DNA from: Candidatus Binatia bacterium
GTDB taxonomy: Bacteria > Patescibacteriota > Saccharimonadia > Saccharimonadales > UBA10212
NCBI GenBank assembly: GCA_035542755.1
Contig: DATKKU010000041.1
Coordinates: 1 to 40,605, forward strand
Direction: 5' to 3'
Length of the DNA stretch: 40,605 bases
Both the position numbers and the translations under genes were made by a program. The notes under the pieces are model-generated. The model had not been told where the DNA came from. It saw only the letters and a program-made list of their open reading frames with translations, and made no database searches. Positions 1 to 6,714 of this stretch are shown one piece after another. Each line of letters starts with the position of its first letter. Position 1 is the first letter of the stretch.

Positions 1-212
1 GCCATCTCTCGACTCGGCACTAGAAGCTGCTGTTCGCCAGCATGCCGAGGAGCTTAGGAAGCACTCCATAAGAGCCTCGGGCGCATCTCTTGCAATGGGC
101 CCCATCACGGGGACTATCGAGACCATAAGGACCGACGATAAGGCGACCACAACTTCGTTTAGTAGCTCAAGCGTCGAGCTTTCGACTAATACAACCACGG
201 TACCTCTGCCGA
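1..212 (+). rRNA. probable 3'-terminal part of 23S rRNA (partial, continues upstream of the window)
   Basis: By-eye alignment finds three colinear blocks resembling the conserved 23S 3' end. GACCGACGATAAGGC matches E. coli GACGACGTTGATAGGC, GTCGAGCT matches GTTGAGCT, and CGACTAATACAACCACGG matches GGTACTAATGAACCGTG. ORF 95-277 inside it has no RBS and a low-complexity product. No covariance model was run. Confidence 0.4.
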
Positions 213-376
213 CTCCCTCGGGGACCCTGCCTCCTACGAATGAAGGTCAGAAGCGGGCCGGCCCCGCTGACGCTTGATCGGCGGTTCCGAGGGCTCGGTC
301 TGTTCACCGCGCAATAGTTTTAGTAAGATTTGTAGAGGTCTAGGTGGGTTGTAAAGATGCCGAGTTAAGACCACCA

Positions 377-463
377 CGTCGGAGCAAGCTGTCAGCTTGC
401 GACGACGAAATATACTTAAATGACCTATTTCGTGTCTTCAGCTTTTCGCTGCTCCTCCTTTCC
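377..463 (-). repeat. stable-RNA-associated structured module, copy A (subfamily 1)
   Basis: The reverse complement GGAAAGGAGGAGCAGCGAAAAGCTGAAGACACGAA...TTCGTCGTCGCAAGCTGACAGCTTGCTCCGACG is colinear with copies at 2736-2821 and 6494-6577. It contains the hairpin CGTCGGAGCAAGCT/AGCTTGCGACGACG. Confidence 0.7.
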
Positions 464-490
464 CCATTGTTTATCCTCAAACAATGGGGA
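461..490. repeat. perfect inverted repeat with 12-bp arms (TCCCCATTGTTT-ATCCTC-AAACAATGGGGA)
   Basis: Read directly. It lies between module copy A and the FAD-oxidase start (ATG 521). It occupies the position that the AT-rich palindromic boxes hold in the other module copies. Confidence 0.6.
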
Positions 491-520
491 CCCCATAGAT
501 GATATTATTACTAGGAAAAT

Positions 521-2152
521 ATGAGTAAAGTCGCGCAGTATCTGCAGGAGCATTTGGTAGGGGAGGTCTCGGCCAGCCCAGAAGTTCGTAGGCACTTTGC
601 CCATGATGCTAGCATCTTGCGCTTGGCGCCGGCCATTGTGGTTTATCCAAGAAACGAGAGTGACATTAGAAAAACCGCCAGCTTTTGTTGGCAGCTGGCC
701 GAGCGCGGCCGGCCAATGCCACTAACTGCCCGTGGTGGCGGCAGCGATACCTCTGGTGCGGCACTGGGCGCCGGCATACTACTGGTTTTTCCGGCCCACA
801 TGAATAAAATCCTAGAGCTCAACCCCAAAAAAGAGACAATTATTGTGGAGCCCGGCGCTACCTATGACAAGGTTGAACAGACACTTTATACTCACGGGCT
901 ATTCTTGCCGCCGTACCCGGCATCGTTGCAATACGCCACCCTGGGCGGCAGTATTGCCAATAACGCCATCGGCGAAAAGTCCTTAAAGTATGGCTCAACT
1001 GCTGATTACGTTGAAAAACTAAGAGTAGTACTAGCTAACGGCGAAATTATAGAAACCGGACCTCTTTCTAAGCGTGAGCTCAATAAAAAACTCGGCCTGT
1101 CCACTTTTGAGGGCGATGTCTACCGAGCTGTAGATAAAATAGTTGAAGAAAACGCCGAACTAATACACCAGCAAAGCCTAATCGCCCAAACTCCTAGGAG
1201 TTCAATAGGCTACAATCTTTCGCGCATAAAAACCAAAAAAGGCTTTGACCTGACGCCGCTATTCACTGGCTCGCAAGGCACGCTGGGCGTCATATCGGAA
1301 GCTACTATGCGCGTGGTCCCGCACAATCCGCTAACCAGAAATATTCTAATTAGTTTTGAAAAACTGGACGATATGCAAGAGGCCTTACCGCGGATCCTGG
1401 CCCTAAAGCCCAGCGTCTGCGACATGATAAATAAGGGCGCCATTGAGCGAGTGCTGAGTATCAACCCCCGACAGCTAGACAATGTGCTGCCGATGCCCAG
1501 CGCCGACATACATTTATTTGTTGAGTTTGACGACCAAAAAGAAGCCGACCAAAAGAAAGCCCTCAAAAAGCTAACCAAGATTATAGATAGAGACGGAATT
1601 GACTATTTAGTCGCCGAAGACCTGGAGGGACAGGACAGAATCCGCAAGGTCCGCGAATCTGTGTCCACCATTCTCAACGAGCCCAGCGGCCAAACCAAAG
1701 CTATCCCGGTGGCCGAAGACATTGCCGTTCCGGTAGAGAATTTATCGGAGTTTCTTAAAAAGGCGGCACAGATATATCAGGCAGCCGGAACGGCGCCAGC
1801 GGCTTGGGGCCAAGCTGGCGAAGGCGTGGTTAGGATGCACCCAATGTTTGATTTGGCACAAACTGGCGACCGTCAAAAACTATTTAAATTATCCGACGAA
1901 CTATACGCGGCGGCGCTGAAACTGGGCGGCACCTTGTCCGCAGCTCACGGTGAAGGCCGAATCCGGGCACCTTATACGGTTTATATGTACGGCGAAGACT
2001 TATTAAAACTGATACGTCAGGTTAAGGCTGCTTTTGACCCTTACAATATTCTAAATCCGGGTGTTAAAACAGCAACGCGCGACGAAGTCAAAGCCATGGT
2101 GCGCGGCGATTATAACCAGGCTCACCGCCACGAATTCCTACCCAGAAGCTAA
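521..2152 (+). CDS. FAD-binding oxidoreductase (GlcD / D-lactate dehydrogenase-like FAD-linked oxidase)
   Basis: 543-aa ORF. The N-terminal FAD-binding PCMH-type region (ARGGGSDTSGAALG) and the C-terminal FAD-linked oxidase end (AAHGEGRIR...FDPYNILNPG) are typical of the GlcD family. Confidence 0.85.
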   Translation: MSKVAQYLQEHLVGEVSASPEVRRHFAHDASILRLAPAIVVYPRNESDIRKTASFCWQLAERGRPMPLTARGGGSDTSGAALGAGILLVFPAHMNKILELNPKKETIIVEPGATYDKVEQTLYTHGLFLPPYPASLQYATLGGSIANNAIGEKSLKYGSTADYVEKLRVVLANGEIIETGPLSKRELNKKLGLSTFEGDVYRAVDKIVEENAELIHQQSLIAQTPRSSIGYNLSRIKTKKGFDLTPLFTGSQGTLGVISEATMRVVPHNPLTRNILISFEKLDDMQEALPRILALKPSVCDMINKGAIERVLSINPRQLDNVLPMPSADIHLFVEFDDQKEADQKKALKKLTKIIDRDGIDYLVAEDLEGQDRIRKVRESVSTILNEPSGQTKAIPVAEDIAVPVENLSEFLKKAAQIYQAAGTAPAAWGQAGEGVVRMHPMFDLAQTGDRQKLFKLSDELYAAALKLGGTLSAAHGEGRIRAPYTVYMYGEDLLKLIRQVKAAFDPYNILNPGVKTATRDEVKAMVRGDYNQAHRHEFLPRS

Positions 2153-2160
2153 CCGCGTGT

Positions 2161-2189
2161 TTGTAGTTATACAATAAGTATTGTATAAT
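2161..2189 (+). promoter_or_regulatory. sigma70-like promoter whose spacer is a perfect 22-nt palindrome (operator-like)
   Basis: -35 TTGTAG (2161-2166), 17-nt spacer, -10 TATAAT (2184-2189). The palindrome TTATACAATA-AG-TATTGTATAA (2167-2188) has 10-bp perfect arms. Confidence 0.5.
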
Positions 2190-2230
2190 ATTTTCTATCG
2201 TCTTTGCCGTCCCTAGAAGGAGGTGAGACT

Positions 2231-2437
2231 GTGGGGCGCAGAAGAAAGAGGGCTCGTAAGAGACCGTCTTCCTGCGAAGGAAAAAACTGCTACACCAAGG
2301 CAGAGGCCATTGCGACCGCCAAGAGGCGAAACATGCAGTGGGGTGGCTTCAATTCGGCTTACAGATGTAGGCCATGTTCCAAATCGGCCGGATACCAAGT
2401 CTGGCACGTTGGTAGGCGCAACCCCATAAAACCCTAG
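2231..2437 (+). CDS. small basic Cys-rich (CX4C...CX2C, zinc-ribbon-like) protein of unknown function
   Basis: GGAGGTG (2218-2224) lies 6 nt before GTG 2231, in frame with ORF 2204-2437. There is a promoter upstream and a hairpin terminator downstream. The product is VGRRRKRARKRPSSCEGKNC...YRCRPCSKSAGYQVWHVG. Confidence 0.55.
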   Translation: MGRRRKRARKRPSSCEGKNCYTKAEAIATAKRRNMQWGGFNSAYRCRPCSKSAGYQVWHVGRRNPIKP

Positions 2438-2500
2438 TGGTTCCGCCCAAGAACAGTTTCTTGGGGGGAACGACAACATATCAAATTTGCTAATCATATA

Positions 2501-2527
2501 AAAAGTCCGGTATGAACCCGGACTTTT
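2501..2527. terminator. bidirectional rho-independent terminator
   Basis: AAAAGTCCGG-TATGAAC-CCGGACTTTT, a 10-bp stem flanked by an A-run and a T-run. It sits between the small CDS (+) and the 3' end of tRNA-Leu (-). Confidence 0.75.
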
Positions 2528-2531
2528 TAAT

Positions 2532-2616
2532 TGGTGGGCGAGGAGGGACTCGAACCCTCAAGCCGTGAGGCAACGGATTTTAAGTCCGCAGCGTATACCA
2601 GTTCCGCCACTCGCCC
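2532..2616 (-). tRNA. tRNA-Leu(TAA), class II with long variable arm, CCA encoded
   Basis: The reverse complement GGGCGAGTGGCGGAACTGGTATACGCTGCGGACTTAAAATCCGTTGCCTCACGGCTTGAGGGTTCGAGTCCCTCCTCGCCCACCA folds as a cloverleaf. The anticodon loop is CTTAAAA and the T-loop is TTCGAGT. Confidence 0.9.
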
Positions 2617-2693
2617 TTCGTCAAAGCTTACGCTTCTACATTTCGCTTCCAAGTAAACTTGAAAGACTCAATCTTAAGCTAAGCTTTTCCTCT
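2617..2693 (-). promoter_or_regulatory. leader between palindromic box and tRNA-Leu(TAA), loosely related to the structured modules
   Basis: The reverse complement reads AAATTTTAGAGGAAAAGCTTAGC...GCTTTGACGAAG and is followed directly by the tRNA 5' end. The layout is the same as the module copies (box, purine-rich AGAGGA, hairpins, ..GACGAG/G). Confidence 0.4.
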
Positions 2694-2735
2694 AAAATTT
2701 GCAAAAAATTGCTAAAGCGGATTTTTGCAAATTTT
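2694..2735. promoter_or_regulatory. AT-rich palindromic box (14-bp perfect arms AAAATTTGCAAAAA / TTTTTGCAAATTTT), putative bidirectional promoter or operator
   Basis: Read directly, with a 14-nt spacer. It is flanked on the left by the tRNA-Leu leader (minus strand) and on the right by module copy B. Confidence 0.5.
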
Positions 2736-2821
2736 GAAGGAGGAGCAGCCGATAGCTGGAGACACGAAGCAAGCTTGTCAAAATATGATTCGTCGTCGCA
2801 AGCTTTAGGCTTGCTCCGACG
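2736..2821 (+). repeat. stable-RNA-associated structured module, copy B (subfamily 1)
   Basis: GAAGGAGGAGCAGCCGATAGCTGGAGACACGAAG...TTCGTCGTCGCAAGCTTTAGGCTTGCTCCGACG is colinear with copies A and C. It abuts the CCA end of the opposite-strand tRNA-Cys. Confidence 0.7.
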
Positions 2822-2895
2822 TGGAGGCGCGTACGAGATTCGCACTCGTGTAAAAGGTTTTGCAGACCTGTGCCTAACTCCTCGGCCAACGCGCC
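2822..2895 (-). tRNA. tRNA-Cys(GCA), CCA encoded
   Basis: Reverse complement GGCGCGTTGGCCGAGGAGTTAGGCACAGGTCTGCAAAACCTTTTACACGAGTGCGAATCTCGTACGCGCCTCCA. Acceptor stem is GGCGCGT/ACGCGCC and the anticodon loop is CTGCAAA. The T-loop is TGCGAAT (non-canonical second base) and the anticodon stem has one C-T mismatch. Confidence 0.8.
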
Positions 2896-3022
2896 ACAAA
2901 AATATTGCCTATCAGCCTCCAATTATACAAGATAAGGGGTGACTTATGGTTGCCAATTAGCGGCTCAAGCGGTACGATTTAAGCGTAATTGACAAAATAA
3001 AAGCGGTGGGCAAGGAGGGGTA

Positions 3023-3163
3023 ATGAACGTTTGGGACTGGAACTCACCCATCGCACTAAGCATTTTTTTTGTGGGCCTGGCGCTTAGCTTTGCACTGTTT
3101 AGCTGGGCCGTAAAAAACTTCGCCAGCATTGGCGGCTCAACAAACCAAAAACGCGGCCGCTAA
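3023..3163 (+). CDS. 46-aa single-pass membrane peptide (below the ORF-track cutoff)
   Basis: AAGGAGG (3012-3018) lies 4 nt before ATG 3023. The product is MNVWDWNSPIALSIFFVGLALSFALFSWAVKNFASIGGSTNQKRGR, with stop TAA at 3161-3163. A hairpin terminator follows 18 nt later. Confidence 0.5.
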   Translation: MNVWDWNSPIALSIFFVGLALSFALFSWAVKNFASIGGSTNQKRGR

Positions 3164-3180
3164 CTAGGAAAATAGACAGT

Positions 3181-3210
3181 AAAATCCCCGTTAGCGACTC
3201 ACGGGATTTT
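3181..3210 (+). terminator. rho-independent terminator
   Basis: AAAATCCC(CG)...(C)GGGATTTT stem, followed by a T-run. Confidence 0.6.
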
Positions 3211-3269
3211 CTTTAGATGCACGTTCCAAGATTTATAAATTGATGTCAGTGCTATAATCATCTTTAAGG

Positions 3270-3743
3270 ATGAGCGCAACCACCACAACTACCACCAACC
3301 CTAAGGCTGTGATTGCTTTTATCGCGGTATTTGCGGCATTTATCGCATTGTTTATTGGGCTATACATTAGGCGGCGAGAGGTTGTTTTTACCGGCACCGT
3401 GATTGATAAAAACATACTAGAAAGCGTGGCTCAGAATAGTACTATGCCTATGAATCAGGGTGGAATCACCTTTGGCGGCGGCAGGCTGGGGGTCGGCAAC
3501 AACAGTGGCGTGATACATAATTATCAGATAAGAGTCAAAACCGATGCCGGCAAGGAATTCAATTACCCTATATCATCGGGTAAGTACGAAATTATAAAAA
3601 TTGGCGATAGAGTTAGTAAGCCCAAAGGAACTACTGAGGTTGACATCATTTCTGCGGCTACACCCGCCAATCAAGCTGGTCCGTCGGCCCCGCCGCCCAG
3701 CACTGCGCCTCCAACAACGCCGCCACAAGGACCATTTGTATGA
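3270..3743 (+). CDS. hypothetical membrane-anchored protein with Pro-rich C-terminus
   Basis: 157-aa ORF with an N-terminal TM helix (AVIAFIAVFAAFIALFIGLYI) and a C-terminal PSAPPPSTAPPTTPPQGP. I recognise no family. Confidence 0.55.
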   Translation: MSATTTTTTNPKAVIAFIAVFAAFIALFIGLYIRRREVVFTGTVIDKNILESVAQNSTMPMNQGGITFGGGRLGVGNNSGVIHNYQIRVKTDAGKEFNYPISSGKYEIIKIGDRVSKPKGTTEVDIISAATPANQAGPSAPPPSTAPPTTPPQGPFV

Positions 3744-3768
3744 GCCCGAGGTTTTGCCCAGTTAGCGG

Positions 3769-4923
3769 CTAAAGACCAAAAATTCCGCGGCGTTTTTTTC
3801 CTGGAACGAACACGCTGTTCATAAGCTCTGGGTCATAAGCTGCGGGCACCTGCTTGTACTGGGCGTAATAGAACAAAGCTGTATTTAACACGCTGGAAGC
3901 TGCCGAGAAAAAGATTGTTACTACCAGGAACGCAACTACAACCAGGCTAACTCCGACTGCCGCGCCTATGACACCCCCCAGGGCAGCAGTCGCGATAACC
4001 ACCGGGATTGCTATAACAAATAAGAGTAGATAAATAAGAAAAGTCGCTATACCAAAGCCCAAGCGACCGATTATGTTTTCGCCCCATGTGGCCTTGAGCA
4101 GCAGAGTGGAGGTCTTAATGGAACTGACGGCACTCTCGTCGGTAGTGACTATTACCGGTATTACAAATAATCTGGCAATTGACCACGCTGCGCCGACAAT
4201 CCATACAATAATTCTGCCCAGCAGCCTGGAACGCTCGGCGATGGCTCGCAGTATCATCCCGATGGTGGCTTCAATCACAGAAAACATAAACAAGGTCCCG
4301 GCCTTAGAGCGGGCAAGCTTCATATATTCCTTGTAGGGCTTTGACTGACCATGAAAAATATCAATAGTATTGGCTACCAAGCCGGCGGCGTAAAGATTAA
4401 CTATAAAGTAAGCCAAAACATAATAAATGAAGACAACGACGTAGCCGGCGGGCGAGGCGCTGTAGTTTGTAGTACCAGCACTATCAACAGTTTTTACCAG
4501 CAAAGTGTTACTGCCGACAAGGAAAATTATCCCAAAAATTATAGCCAGCCCTATACCCATTACAGCGCTCATAATTACGTATCTAACAAGCGACTCGTTG
4601 GTCCTTATTATTTTCATGCTTTGCTTAAACAGCAGCCAGCCGGTCTTGGTGCGCCCGCGCTTAACAGTTTGGGCGTTTAGCGGAGTTGCCCCGGCAGCTG
4701 ATGGCACAACTTGACTCTGTACACTGGCAAAAGCCTGCGTGACATATGGTTCGGGCCAGCCGGACGCGCGAAGCTGAGCAGCGATTTCGTCAGGGTGCAG
4801 TCCGGCATTCAGTTGCTGATAAACATAGGCAGCCAGTTTGGCTACTTCTTGCATTGGATCCGGGTTTGGTAAAGTGTCCATTTTTGCTTGCTTAAGATAA
4901 GCATAACAGGTTTCCGACCCCAT
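3769..4923 (-). CDS. polytopic integral membrane protein, unknown function
   Basis: 384-aa ORF with a soluble N-terminal segment followed by about 6 hydrophobic helices. The true start may be an internal Met (M15 at 4881). Family unknown. Confidence 0.6.
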   Translation of the reverse strand: MGSETCYAYLKQAKMDTLPNPDPMQEVAKLAAYVYQQLNAGLHPDEIAAQLRASGWPEPYVTQAFASVQSQVVPSAAGATPLNAQTVKRGRTKTGWLLFKQSMKIIRTNESLVRYVIMSAVMGIGLAIIFGIIFLVGSNTLLVKTVDSAGTTNYSASPAGYVVVFIYYVLAYFIVNLYAAGLVANTIDIFHGQSKPYKEYMKLARSKAGTLFMFSVIEATIGMILRAIAERSRLLGRIIVWIVGAAWSIARLFVIPVIVTTDESAVSSIKTSTLLLKATWGENIIGRLGFGIATFLIYLLLFVIAIPVVIATAALGGVIGAAVGVSLVVVAFLVVTIFFSAASSVLNTALFYYAQYKQVPAAYDPELMNSVFVPGKKRRGIFGL

Positions 4924-4941
4924 GCAAGCAGCAAACTAATC

Positions 4942-4979
4942 AAGAAAAAAGTCCAACACAAAAGTTAGACTTTTTTCTT
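4942..4979 (-). terminator. hairpin terminator directly after tRNA-Val
   Basis: Perfect 12-bp arms AAGAAAAAAGTC / GACTTTTTTCTT with a 14-nt loop. It could act in both directions because of the A-run and T-run. Confidence 0.65.
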
Positions 4980-5055
4980 GGTGGGCGCTGAGGGACTTGA
5001 ACCCCCGACCCTCTCGGTGTAAACGAGATGCTCTAGCCAACTGAGCTAAGCGCCC
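4979..5055 (-). tRNA. tRNA-Val(TAC), CCA encoded
   Basis: Reverse complement GGGCGCTTAGCTCAGTTGGCTAGAGCATCTCGTTTACACCGAGAGGGTCGGGGGTTCAAGTCCCTCAGCGCCCACCA. The anticodon loop is TTTACAC. Confidence 0.92.
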
Positions 5056-5130
5056 ACGTCGGAATCGACGTGCCAGCCTCCGTAAGCTCAAAACTTCGCT
5101 TACTTTCGGCTTAAGGTCGCTTCCTCCTCT
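5056..5130 (-). repeat. structured tRNA leader module, copy E (subfamily 2)
   Basis: The reverse complement GAGAGGAGGAAGCGACCTTAAGCCGAAAGTAAGCGAAG...GGCACGTCGATTCCGACGT is near-identical in its first ~30 nt and last ~20 nt to copy D (14169-14246). It runs straight into the tRNA-Val 5' end. Confidence 0.75.
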
Positions 5131-5171
5131 CAATTTTACAAAATATTGCACTGCAGAATTTTGTAAAATTG
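5131..5171. promoter_or_regulatory. AT-rich palindromic box (14-bp perfect arms CAATTTTACAAAAT / ATTTTGTAAAATTG)
   Basis: Read directly, with a 13-nt spacer. It is almost identical, in inverted orientation, to the box at 14129-14168. Confidence 0.55.
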
Positions 5172-5326
5172 GACCTCGCAAAATTGCAAGGGGAAAGGTA
5201 GTAGCCACGGTCTGCCTCTGGCAGATTCGGATTCATTCCGAAAGTGGCGTTGAAGGAAAAGTCGGGGTCCCCCGCAAAATGTAGTTTTGTGGGGTGGCAA
5301 AACCGCTAGGTTGTCCTTCAATATCG

Positions 5327-5411
5327 TGGTGGGTGAGAGAGGACTTGAACCTCCACGCCTTGCGGCACAGCCACCTCAAGGCTGCGTGTATACCAATTTC
5401 ACCACTCACCC
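5327..5411 (-). tRNA. tRNA-Leu(GAG), class II, CCA encoded
   Basis: Reverse complement GGGTGAGTGGTGAAATTGGTATACACGCAGCCTTGAGGTGGCTGTGCCGCAAGGCGTGGAGGTTCAAGTCCTCTCTCACCCACCA. The anticodon loop is TTGAGGT and there is a long variable arm. Confidence 0.9.
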
Positions 5412-5510
5412 GGACGTGACTTGATTATTGTAAATTAACAGGGGTAAAAAAGCAATCAATTGCAAGCTGATGATTAGCAGAATACAATTACTAGAGTAAT
5501 AGGAGGGACT

Positions 5511-6272
5511 ATGGTTGCTTTGTGGATTGTGATACTTGTGCTGATTGTTATAATTCTGGCCGGTTTACACATTGTTAAGCAGTACGAACGTGGTGTTGTT
5601 CTGCGGCTGGGCAAAGTCAGGACTAAAGTCAAAGACCCGGGCCTCAGATTAATTATTCCCTTTATTGACCGGATGAAAAAAATTAGTATTAGAATTGTGA
5701 CTTTGCCGGTGGACAGCCAGCAGGTTATAACCAAAGACAATGTTTCTATAGACGTTGCGGCTGTAGCCTACTACCAAGTCATTGACCCCATTAAGTCAGT
5801 TGTAGAAATAGAAAACGTCATAAGCGCTACTTATCAAATTGCCCAGACAACCGTCAGGAACGTTGTTGGTCAAAGCGCGCTTGATGAAGTGCTTAGTGGG
5901 ACGGCCGAAATTAACGAGAAGATAAAAAAGATTTTAGACGTAGCTACAGCGGAGTGGGGAATTTATGTCAGCACGGTAGAGCTCAAAGACATCAAACTGC
6001 CTGATACCATGCAGCGGGCCATGGCCAAGCAGGCCGAAGCCGAGCGTGAGAAAAGAGCTAAAATTATTGCCGCTGAAGGCGAACAGCTTAGTGCTACCAA
6101 GCTTGGCGAGGCGGCCGACATAATTGCTGCTCACCCGATTGCCCTGCAGCTTAGAAACTTGCAGACCCTGACCGAAATATCCAGCGAAAAAAACAGCACC
6201 GTCATTTTCCCGGCGCAGTTTATGAGTACCATTGAGGACGTTAAGAACTTCTTAGCTAGAGAAACAGGATAA
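5511..6272 (+). CDS. SPFH/band-7 (stomatin-like) membrane protein
   Basis: N-terminal TM helix followed by the [11 protein letters not shown]...IPFIDR...[12 protein letters not shown] core and an [17 protein letters not shown] coiled coil. Confidence 0.9.
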   Translation: MVALWIVILVLIVIILAGLHIVKQYERGVVLRLGKVRTKVKDPGLRLIIPFIDRMKKISIRIVTLPVDSQQVITKDNVSIDVAAVAYYQVIDPIKSVVEIENVISATYQIAQTTVRNVVGQSALDEVLSGTAEINEKIKKILDVATAEWGIYVSTVELKDIKLPDTMQRAMAKQAEAEREKRAKIIAAEGEQLSATKLGEAADIIAAHPIALQLRNLQTLTEISSEKNSTVIFPAQFMSTIEDVKNFLARETG

Positions 6273-6276
6273 ATTC

Positions 6277-6352
6277 TGGTGGCTCCTCCCAGACTCGAAC
6301 TGGGGACACAAGGCTCTTCAGGCCTCTGCTCTACCAACTGAGCTAAAGAGCC
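6277..6352 (-). tRNA. tRNA-Phe(GAA), CCA encoded
   Basis: Reverse complement GGCTCTTTAGCTCAGTTGGTAGAGCAGAGGCCTGAAGAGCCTTGTGTCCCCAGTTCGAGTCTGGGAGGAGCCACCA. The anticodon loop is CTGAAGA. Confidence 0.92.
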
Positions 6353-6451
6353 ACGGCGGGCATGAATAGTTTAATACATTAACACCTTGTACGCAACGAT
6401 TGAGAGAAGTTGCCGCTTTTGCTACAATGTCTCTGTTCTTAATTTCTTTTC

Positions 6452-6493
6452 CAAATTTTCAAAGCGGGATTTTTGTAGCCGTTTGAAAATTTG
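6452..6493. promoter_or_regulatory. AT-rich palindromic box (12-bp perfect arms CAAATTTTCAAA / TTTGAAAATTTG) between divergent tRNA-Phe and tRNA-Gly
   Basis: Read directly. The 18-nt spacer GCGGGATTTTTGTAGCCG shares AAAGCGG(G)ATTTTTG with the box at 2694-2735. Confidence 0.55.
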
Positions 6494-6577
6494 AGAGGAG
6501 GAGCAGCGAAAAGCTGGAGGAGCGAGCAATGGTTTTGCTATTGGTCGTCTCCGCAAGCTGATAGCTTGCTCCGACGA
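6494..6577 (+). repeat. structured tRNA leader module, copy C (subfamily 1)
   Basis: AGAGGAGGAGCAGCGAAAAGCTGGAGGAGCGAGC...GTCGTCTCCGCAAGCTGATAGCTTGCTCCGACGA runs directly into the tRNA-Gly 5' end. Confidence 0.75.
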
Positions 6578-6654
6578 GCGGGTGTAGCTCAGTTGTTTAG
6601 AGCGCTTCCTTGCCAAGGAAGAGGCCAGGAGTTAGAGTCTCCTTACCCGCACCA
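6578..6654 (+). tRNA. tRNA-Gly(GCC), CCA encoded
   Basis: GCGGGTGTAGCTCAGTTGTTTAGAGCGCTTCCTTGCCAAGGAAGAGGCCAGGAGTTAGAGTCTCCTTACCCGCACCA. The anticodon loop is TTGCCAA and the T-loop is TTAGAGT. Confidence 0.88.
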
Positions 6655-6714
6655 TACATGTCATACCAAGTAGTCAATTTACACCGGCAACGGTGTTTTT
6701 GTTATTATTGACCT

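Noticed and set aside
95-277. 60-aa ORF in the first 300 nt
   Set aside because: It lies in rRNA-like structured sequence, has no SD, and gives a Thr/Ser-rich low-complexity product.
213-376. 5S rRNA on either strand, tmRNA, RNase P RNA, SRP RNA or a tRNA ending at CCA 376
   Set aside because: There are partial word matches only (GCGCGGTG, GTAGGAGG on the minus strand; GCATGCCGAGG on the plus strand). No terminal helix, no T-arm, no GGAAAGTCC, and the motif order is wrong. I kept it as an unassigned-structure finding instead.
2822-2895. Plus-strand reading of the tRNA-Cys locus as a tRNA with anticodon TGC, which would fit module B as a normal leader
   Set aside because: In that sense the D- and T-arms are swapped (a 5-bp/7-nt arm at the D position, no GG in the D-loop, no TTCGA T-loop, no 3' CCA). 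Only the minus-strand cloverleaf is canonical.
2565-2942. ORFs 2565-2942(+), 2636-2899(-) and 2692-2922(-) across the tRNA-Leu/tRNA-Cys spacer
   Set aside because: They run through two tRNA genes and the palindromic box, have no RBS, and give low-complexity products. They are read-through artefacts.
4936-5321. ORFs 4936-5208(-) and 5136-5321(-); likewise 6422-6673 (both strands), 14103-14339(+) and 15011-15244(+)
   Set aside because: Each overlaps a tRNA gene and/or a leader module. The shared peptide ..YFVKLRGGSDLK.. merely reflects the repeated DNA module. There are no start signals.
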